A stretch of DNA of 32,000 nt from an uncultured archaeon. Lineage in GTDB: Archaea > Asgardarchaeota > Thorarchaeia > Thorarchaeales > Thorarchaeaceae. Each line of letters opens with the position of its first letter. Within the stretch, counting starts at the first letter, position 1. The position numbers were made by a program, and so were the translations under genes. The stretch spans positions 19,285-51,284 of the forward strand of contig CAYHAA010000018.1 of NCBI GenBank assembly GCA_964354495.1, written 5' to 3'. Of the stretch, positions 26,701 to 32,000 are shown piece by piece. The notes under the pieces were generated by a model, which was not told the DNA's origin, made no database searches, and was given only the letters and a program-made list of their open reading frames with translations.

Positions 26701-27519
26701 ATGACTGTCAACCTTGACCAAGAGTCCGCACATATCTTTCAACAGAAGGTCATGGACTGGTGGAGCAAGAATGCCAGAGATCTCCCCTGGCGAAACAATC
26801 CTGGTCCCTATGAGGTCCTTGTGTCCGAGGTCATGCTGCAACAGACCCAGGTCAACAGAGTAATTCCGAAGTACCTAGAGTTCCTGCGGGAGTTTCCCAC
26901 TGTGGAAGCCCTTGCCTCTTCAGAGACGAAGCGATTGCTGACTGTCTGGAGCGGGCTCGGGTATAATCGCCGAGCCGTATGGTTGAGAGAGGCTGCACGC
27001 GAGATCGTAGCAAGAGGCGGTTTTCCGCAGGAGGTCAAGGACCTACGAGAGCTGAAGGGTATCGGTCCCTATGCATCCCGGTCAATTCTGATATTCGCAT
27101 TCAACAAGGACCTGGCTGCAGTGGATACGAACATTCGGCGGGTCCTCATTGCATCAGGATTCGCTAACGAATCGATGACACACAAAGAGGTTCAGGCGGT
27201 GGCTGATGCGTTGCTCCTGCGGGGCAGGTCGAGTGACTGGCATAACGCCCTGATGGACTACGGCTCTGAGGTACTCACGGCTAACACGACAGGTATTGCT
27301 CCGAAGTCTAGACAGCCTAAGTTCAAGCAATCAACCCGGCAAGTTCGCGGGATCATCGTCCGTGTTCTAACACAGAATAATTCTATGTCCCTGAGGCAGT
27401 TACTCTCCCAACTCGATTTTGAATGTAATGAAAGAGATATCCAGCCAATACTTGACCAGATGGTGGCAGAAAAACTCATCGAGTTCACAATGACAGGCAA
27501 CTACAGGATTGTGGACTAA
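26701..27519 (+). CDS. mutY: MutY-like HhH-GPD adenine DNA glycosylase lacking the [4Fe-4S] motif
   Basis: RDLPWR, VSEVMLQQTQV (catalytic Glu), WSGLGYNRRA, HhH LKGIGPYAS, VDTNIRRV (catalytic Asp) and NALMDYG. Start trimmed to 26701. Confidence 0.85.
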   Translation: MTVNLDQESAHIFQQKVMDWWSKNARDLPWRNNPGPYEVLVSEVMLQQTQVNRVIPKYLEFLREFPTVEALASSETKRLLTVWSGLGYNRRAVWLREAAREIVARGGFPQEVKDLRELKGIGPYASRSILIFAFNKDLAAVDTNIRRVLIASGFANESMTHKEVQAVADALLLRGRSSDWHNALMDYGSEVLTANTTGIAPKSRQPKFKQSTRQVRGIIVRVLTQNNSMSLRQLLSQLDFECNERDIQPILDQMVAEKLIEFTMTGNYRIVD

Positions 27520-27563
27520 GGTCAATGGACCTCTGAGTCTATCCCATTCATCCCGATACTCGG

Positions 27564-28337
27564 CTATTCACTCCAGTCTTGAAGAGCCACCTTGACTGAA
27601 CGGCGCATCTCTGCTGCGAACGTAGAGCCGGTCTTCCGCAGGAAGACACTCTGCCCAAGATTCTGAGCGCCGCCAAAGAAGCTGCTCGGATGACCAAAAT
27701 GCTCCATGAGCATGGCCTCGAACTCCTTGCTGTCTACGTGCGAGTACTTGTCCTTGAAATACACGAATCGTTGAGGGAATCGGGGTGTCTTCTCACGGTC
27801 AGCACGTTCTCCACCAACGGGATAGCCAAAGCATAGGAGGGCGATGGGGAATACCCACTTAGGCAGATCAAACATCTTACGATGGGTCTCTATGTTCTCC
27901 ATGATGTCCCCGATATAGCACGACCCAATCCCCAGTGACTCGGCTGCGATTACTGCATTCTCTGCTGCTACCAATGCATCACAGCACGCAAGCAGGAGGT
28001 CAGACTCTTGTGGTGTGACATAGTCGAGACCTCGCTCCCTGCACATCTCTGGCACACCTGAATATCGAAAGAGGTCGTACCACCTCTGCAGGTCTGCGAG
28101 GAATAGTAGAACTAGAGGGGCCTTCGCAATGAAGGGTTGATTGTCGCATGTTGTGACCAGCTTATCCTTCATCTTCTGGTTCACCACCTCAATGACTGAG
28201 TAATGCATCATGTTTCCAGCTGTAGGAGCACGGAACATGCTGTGAAGGATCCACTCTTTGTGCTCTTTTGAGATAGGCCGAGGGTCATATCCCCTCAGGG
28301 TCCTTCGATTATCAAGCACTTTCAGGGTCTCGTTCAT
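27564..28337 (-). CDS. Nitroreductase-family flavoprotein (NfsA/Frp-like)
   Basis: NRRTLRGY, RAPTAGNMMHYSVI, NQPFIAKAP, AAESLGIGSCYIG and LCFGYP. Confidence 0.88.
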   Translation of the reverse strand: MNETLKVLDNRRTLRGYDPRPISKEHKEWILHSMFRAPTAGNMMHYSVIEVVNQKMKDKLVTTCDNQPFIAKAPLVLLFLADLQRWYDLFRYSGVPEMCRERGLDYVTPQESDLLLACCDALVAAENAVIAAESLGIGSCYIGDIMENIETHRKMFDLPKWVFPIALLCFGYPVGGERADREKTPRFPQRFVYFKDKYSHVDSKEFEAMLMEHFGHPSSFFGGAQNLGQSVFLRKTGSTFAAEMRRSVKVALQDWSE

Positions 28338-28445
28338 AGATGGCCTATGAGTAAGACTCGCATATAACAGAATCCCATGAATGGAAGACCTTATAGTCCT
28401 TCGATTGTTGTACCAAACATCATTGAAATTGATGGGCTGATGTGA

Positions 28446-29012
28446 GTGAGCGGTACAGAGGAGTGCGTAAGGGCTGTGGCTGATGAGATCTTACGCGGGC
28501 ATGTGCTGAAACTCGATGAGCCATTGTCGTATCCGGGAATTGCCATCATTCCAATCATCAGAGTGCAAGAACAGAAGCAGTCCAAGAGGCTCATGCATAT
28601 CCCCAGGTCCACACTGACTGAAGATGTCCACAAGGTCATAGTGGGAAGTATACCGATGAATTCGTGTGGCGTGCTCATTCTAGACTCGCTTGGCGATGTC
28701 ATAACCTTCAAGTTGCATCAGGAAGTCCGTGCATTCTGGGAACGTATCAACTTCGTCGAGAAGATAGTTGCAGAAACCTACAGAGACACAAGAAAACCAC
28801 TGAGCAGGGCAGGTGCCACTGCCAGAGTGGTGGCCTTTCTCACGCGGCTTAGAAACGATGGAACTGAGGCAGTCGTGACGGAGAGGACAAACTACTTCGT
28901 GGTTTCATTGACTGATGCAGCGAAAGAAGCAGGAACCATCCAGAACCATCTCGAGGCGACTGCGGCGATACTGTATAGCTCAGCGAGCAGGCAGCAGATT
29001 CCTCTTGCGTGA
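28446..29012 (+). CDS. Roadblock/LC7 (MglB)-like domain protein with N-terminal extension
   Basis: The C-terminal ~125 aa show an alpha-beta-beta-alpha-beta-beta-beta-alpha pattern: CGVLILDSLGDVITF ... YFVVSLTD..KEAGTIQNHLEATAAIL. Confidence 0.5.
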   Translation: MSGTEECVRAVADEILRGHVLKLDEPLSYPGIAIIPIIRVQEQKQSKRLMHIPRSTLTEDVHKVIVGSIPMNSCGVLILDSLGDVITFKLHQEVRAFWERINFVEKIVAETYRDTRKPLSRAGATARVVAFLTRLRNDGTEAVVTERTNYFVVSLTDAAKEAGTIQNHLEATAAILYSSASRQQIPLA

Positions 29013-29081
29013 TATCAGGGAAGATACGTCAAAGAGAAGACATATACTATCATTTTAGTATCTTTTCGGCGGTGAAGATAC

Positions 29082-29342
29082 GTGTCGATACAGAAGCTCA
29101 GCTCTCTCGAAGGCAAAGGGCCAGAACCCGACTATGATGCAATGAGAACGAGAAAAGAGTGTAGGAACACGGCAATCTACTGTGTTGTCTCATTGGGTCT
29201 GCTCATTGCCGCCTTTGCGATAAGTAATCCCGCGGTAGCCGCAGCCCTCCCAGGCGGACCAGCGACTGTCCTGTTCTTGGGCATTCTCATCATCATTTCT
29301 GTGCTATTGCTCTGCTACTGGCAGAAACCGAGGCGAAAGTAG
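29082..29342 (+). CDS. Small 2-TM membrane protein
   Basis: Two hydrophobic helices and a basic C-tail (KPRRK); fills the gap between flanking genes. Confidence 0.6.
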   Translation: MSIQKLSSLEGKGPEPDYDAMRTRKECRNTAIYCVVSLGLLIAAFAISNPAVAAALPGGPATVLFLGILIIISVLLLCYWQKPRRK

Positions 29343-29391
29343 TACATTGCAAAAGGGAGTATGAGGGAATCTCCTAGTACCTTACGTGACT

Positions 29392-29406
29392 CGAAAGGAT
29401 ATAATA
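29392..29406 (+). promoter_or_regulatory. Putative BRE-TATA of the racemase operon
   Basis: CGAAAG-GATATAATA ends about 35 nt upstream of the ATG at 29442. Confidence 0.5.
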
Positions 29407-29441
29407 ACCGGCAGCAGACATATCCGTTGAAGGTGCGCGCA

Positions 29442-30185
29442 ATGGAACTGCTCTATCTAATGCCAGGAAATGGTATGCCAGATGATGAGGTCAAGCGACG
29501 AAACGAGGTCGCAAATTCGCTGACCAGACAAGGAACAAGGGTCACCGTCGAGGAGGTAGGAGAGGGACCGCTCTCGATAGAGTCTGCCATTGAGGAGTAC
29601 ATCTCGATTGGTCCGATGCTGAAACGACTCTATGGGATTCGAAAAGAGAAGAGGTACAATGCCATCATCATCGGGTGTGCTGGAGACCCCGGACTACGAG
29701 CAGCCAGAGAGCTCATGGACGTTCCAGTCATCGGACCGGCAGAATCATCGTACCACTTTGCCTGCATGATAGCAGACCGATTCAGTGTGATCACCCCAAT
29801 GCAGGCGGGGGTGGCATCAGCTGACGAGGTCATTGTGCGGATCAGAGAGATGGGGCTCTCAAGCCGGCTCGCCTCTGTCGAGTTTGTTGACATACCAGTT
29901 GCAGAGATGTGGACAGATGACTCTGCTGCGGTGACCAAGCTGGCGACAAAGGCAATCAAGAGGGCAGAGGAGAGTGGTGCAGGTTGCGTTGTCCTCGGCT
30001 GCATGTCCATGGCGTTTCGAACCACAATGTCAGCATGGAGAGGTGTCAGTATTCCTGTCATCAACCCTCTCAAGATAGCAATCAAGACTGCTGAGTGCTT
30101 TGTCGACCTAGGCGCACAGCATAGCCGCATCACGTATCCAGCAGCAGACTTCGAGAAGCTTGTGGGAACTGTGTTCAAGGACTAG
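29442..30185 (+). CDS. Asp/Glu/hydantoin racemase-family protein
   Basis: GPLSIES, two catalytic Cys motifs IIGCAGDPGL and VVLGCMSM, VPVIGPAE and VINP. Start trimmed to 29442. Confidence 0.87.
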   Translation: MELLYLMPGNGMPDDEVKRRNEVANSLTRQGTRVTVEEVGEGPLSIESAIEEYISIGPMLKRLYGIRKEKRYNAIIIGCAGDPGLRAARELMDVPVIGPAESSYHFACMIADRFSVITPMQAGVASADEVIVRIREMGLSSRLASVEFVDIPVAEMWTDDSAAVTKLATKAIKRAEESGAGCVVLGCMSMAFRTTMSAWRGVSIPVINPLKIAIKTAECFVDLGAQHSRITYPAADFEKLVGTVFKD

Positions 30186-30201
30186 AGAGGTGGAGAAGAG
30201 A

Positions 30202-30627
30202 ATGGGCAAGAAGATCTACTGGGCGAATGCATTGTTCTCTGAGGCCGATAGAAAGTTCAATGAGGTGTCTGTGGCTCGCGTGCGTGCAGCTGGGTATACC
30301 GTCTTTCTTCCACAGGAGGCATTTAGCAAAGATGCAGACCCCACCAATGAGGAGATCTTCAGAGTCGATACAGAAGAGCTTCAGTCATGTGATGTGATTG
30401 TAGCATGCCTGGACCAGTTTCCAGAAGACACCGGAGTCGCATGTGAGATTGGCGTTGCCTACGGCGCCAACATTCCAGTGATAGGTCTCTATACGGACAT
30501 CAGAAGGTATAGAACAGGTCCGGGAAGGATGTACAAGAACCAGTACGTGCTTGGAGCGATTGAGGTAAATGGCGAGATTGTATCCAGTGTAGATGAGCTG
30601 CTAAAGACGCTGCCAAAGTACATGTGA
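30202..30627 (+). CDS. Nucleoside 2-deoxyribosyltransferase / N-glycosidase-family protein
   Basis: KIYWANALFSEAD, VFLPQE and DTGVACEIGVAYG (catalytic Glu). SD GAGGTG before the ATG at 30202. Confidence 0.85.
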   Translation: MGKKIYWANALFSEADRKFNEVSVARVRAAGYTVFLPQEAFSKDADPTNEEIFRVDTEELQSCDVIVACLDQFPEDTGVACEIGVAYGANIPVIGLYTDIRRYRTGPGRMYKNQYVLGAIEVNGEIVSSVDELLKTLPKYM

Positions 30628-30699
30628 TGGCATCTAGTCCAGTGGCGAGGTCTCCGTTTCAGAGCTTGATTAGTCCACGACAAGCGAAGGTGTATTTCA

Positions 30700-31221
30700 A
30701 TGGAAAAGACGTTCGAAAAGGTCGAGAAGAAGGTCAGGGGGAAGAGCTTCGGAGTCCTGAGCACGATAAGTCCGTCGGCATGGGCGCAATCCTCCGCTGT
30801 GCAATATGCCGTTTCAGAGAGGAAATCCAACTTTGCCTTCTACATCCTGTCCGACGGAACCTATGTGAAAGTCAAGAACATACAACAGAATCCCAAGATC
30901 TCGTTCGTCATTCCTTTTCCGCACCACATCCTGAGATTCATCCCAGCACCGACTGTTTCTTTCCAGGGCACTGCGGAAGTCCTCCCGTTCGATGATCCGA
31001 TGGTGCGAGCTGCCTATTCAGGGCGTGCGCAAAAGGGGATGATCCGGTTCACGGAGGACTCCAAGTACAGGGAAACTGCGGTCTTTCTGAAACTGACACC
31101 CATCGGGAAGCTGACGTGCTTTGGACTCGGTATCAAGCTGACAGAGATGATGAAGGACCCACTCAATGCCCGGTACACAGTACAGATTCCTTCAGAGCGG
31201 GTGCAGAGTCAGAATGAATAG
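30700..31221 (+). CDS. Pyridoxamine 5'-phosphate oxidase-like flavin-binding split-barrel protein
   Basis: FGVLSTIS, KVKNIQQNPKISF and VSFQGTAEVL. Confidence 0.8.
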   Translation: MEKTFEKVEKKVRGKSFGVLSTISPSAWAQSSAVQYAVSERKSNFAFYILSDGTYVKVKNIQQNPKISFVIPFPHHILRFIPAPTVSFQGTAEVLPFDDPMVRAAYSGRAQKGMIRFTEDSKYRETAVFLKLTPIGKLTCFGLGIKLTEMMKDPLNARYTVQIPSERVQSQNE

Positions 31222-31262
31222 GAAGGATGGAAATGCTTCCACATATTATCATTGACTGAGTT

Positions 31263-31835
31263 TCAGTGTCGGCTCCTAGAAAGAACTACCGCAGCGCATA
31301 GCATGAACAGGACTAGCCCGCCACCCAGAAAGAGACAACCGAGGTTCTGTGTCTCGTAGAAGCCGGGCGAGGTCCAGAAGACAGAACCGTCTACATGCAT
31401 TACGAACATCATTTCATACCAGAATGTCACGGTCGTGTTAGTGCCCTCCCAAATCACAATCACATCGAAATCCTGACTCTCTACCCCGCTCTTAGCAGAA
31501 ACGTTGGGAAATGTCAAGCCACTCACTGCTCCCGAGACCATTGACTGGTTTGGAATAGTCCCATTACATTCAGAAACGACTACAATCGACACATTCGCTC
31601 CACTGGTGTTGAAGGAGTAAATGCTGAGTCTCTGGGCACTGATTGTTATATTCGCCTGTTGGCAAGATGCATTCACATTCAGACTGACTACGTCACCACC
31701 CCAGTGTCCCCACCAGAAACTCACAGGACCAATCCCACTCTGGATGAAGGTGCCGCTGTACATGAGTAACAGGCATCCCGGGGAGATGGTAATGATGAGG
31801 ACAATTACAAGGGACCTGAGTGAGCGCTTGTTCAT
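31263..31835 (-). CDS. Membrane protein with N- and C-terminal TM helices and a beta-rich extracellular domain
   Basis: Hydrophobic termini and several N-x-S/T sequons in the middle domain. Confidence 0.65.
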   Translation of the reverse strand: MNKRSLRSLVIVLIITISPGCLLLMYSGTFIQSGIGPVSFWWGHWGGDVVSLNVNASCQQANITISAQRLSIYSFNTSGANVSIVVVSECNGTIPNQSMVSGAVSGLTFPNVSAKSGVESQDFDVIVIWEGTNTTVTFWYEMMFVMHVDGSVFWTSPGFYETQNLGCLFLGGGLVLFMLCAAVVLSRSRH

Positions 31836-31925
31836 AATACAGATACTATTCTAGGTCTGGCAATAATAGTCTTTGCAATTAAGAGTGTGGACTTGCAGAG
31901 AATGAGCTCCAGTATTCCAGCTACT

Positions 31926-32000
31926 TCAACGAGTCGGCGCCAATCTGGAAACTGCATCCTTCAATCGTTTCTTGAATCCTTCACAGTCGTCACTGTCAAG
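31926..32000 (-). CDS. 3' end of a CDS truncated by the window edge
   Basis: Open frame LDSDDCEGFKKRLKDAVSRLAPTR* from the window end to the TGA at 31926-31928; too short to classify. Confidence 0.35.
   Translation of the reverse strand, partial: LDSDDCEGFKKRLKDAVSRLAPTR

Noticed and set aside
1508-31854. Many long overlapping or antisense ORFs in the track (e.g. 1533-1940, 6743-7171, 15850-16287, 19526-20077, 29630-30178, 30624-30995)
   Set aside because: They overlap well-supported genes, on the opposite strand or in another frame, and have no family motifs.
1-32000. CRISPR array, IS/transposase, integrase, rRNA, selenoprotein with SECIS
   Set aside because: By eye I saw no regularly spaced direct repeats, DDE or tyrosine-recombinase motifs, rRNA signatures, or plausible in-frame TGA readthrough.

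Overview
Archaeal chromosomal DNA. The gene set (eL38, eL37, eL21, Rpo4, Alba, aCPSF1, proteasome beta subunit, SepF, a Roadblock-fold protein) suggests an Asgard archaeon, possibly Thorarchaeia; this taxonomy is inference. Bases 1-19.0 kb hold a dense core cluster for RNA processing, translation and proteostasis: TrmO, LSm, eL37, PUA, a degenerate Ski2/Hel308-like helicase, SepF, aCPSF1, PsmB, FKBP, HemK, KsgA, DUF655, Rpo4, eL21, Pus10, GGR, Pth2, TruD, NusA-like, Alba, a second beta-CASP nuclease and eL38. At 19243-19444 lies a hidden tRNA-Val(CAC) gene broken by three bulge-helix-bulge introns: D-arm 23/24 (30 nt), canonical 37/38 (64 nt) and T-loop 58/59 (30 nt). It is flanked by an isolated tRNA-3'-end-like fragment on the opposite strand and by a convergent, degenerate HNH-like gene. 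From 19.5 kb to the end the content is accessory: two decayed genes, GNAT, class III aminotransferase, Fe-S-free MutY-like glycosylase, nitroreductase, Roadblock-like protein, a racemase / nucleoside deoxyribosyltransferase / PNPOx-like trio and membrane proteins. I saw no CRISPR array, integrase, transposase or rRNA. All assignments come from motif reading by eye; no searches were run.
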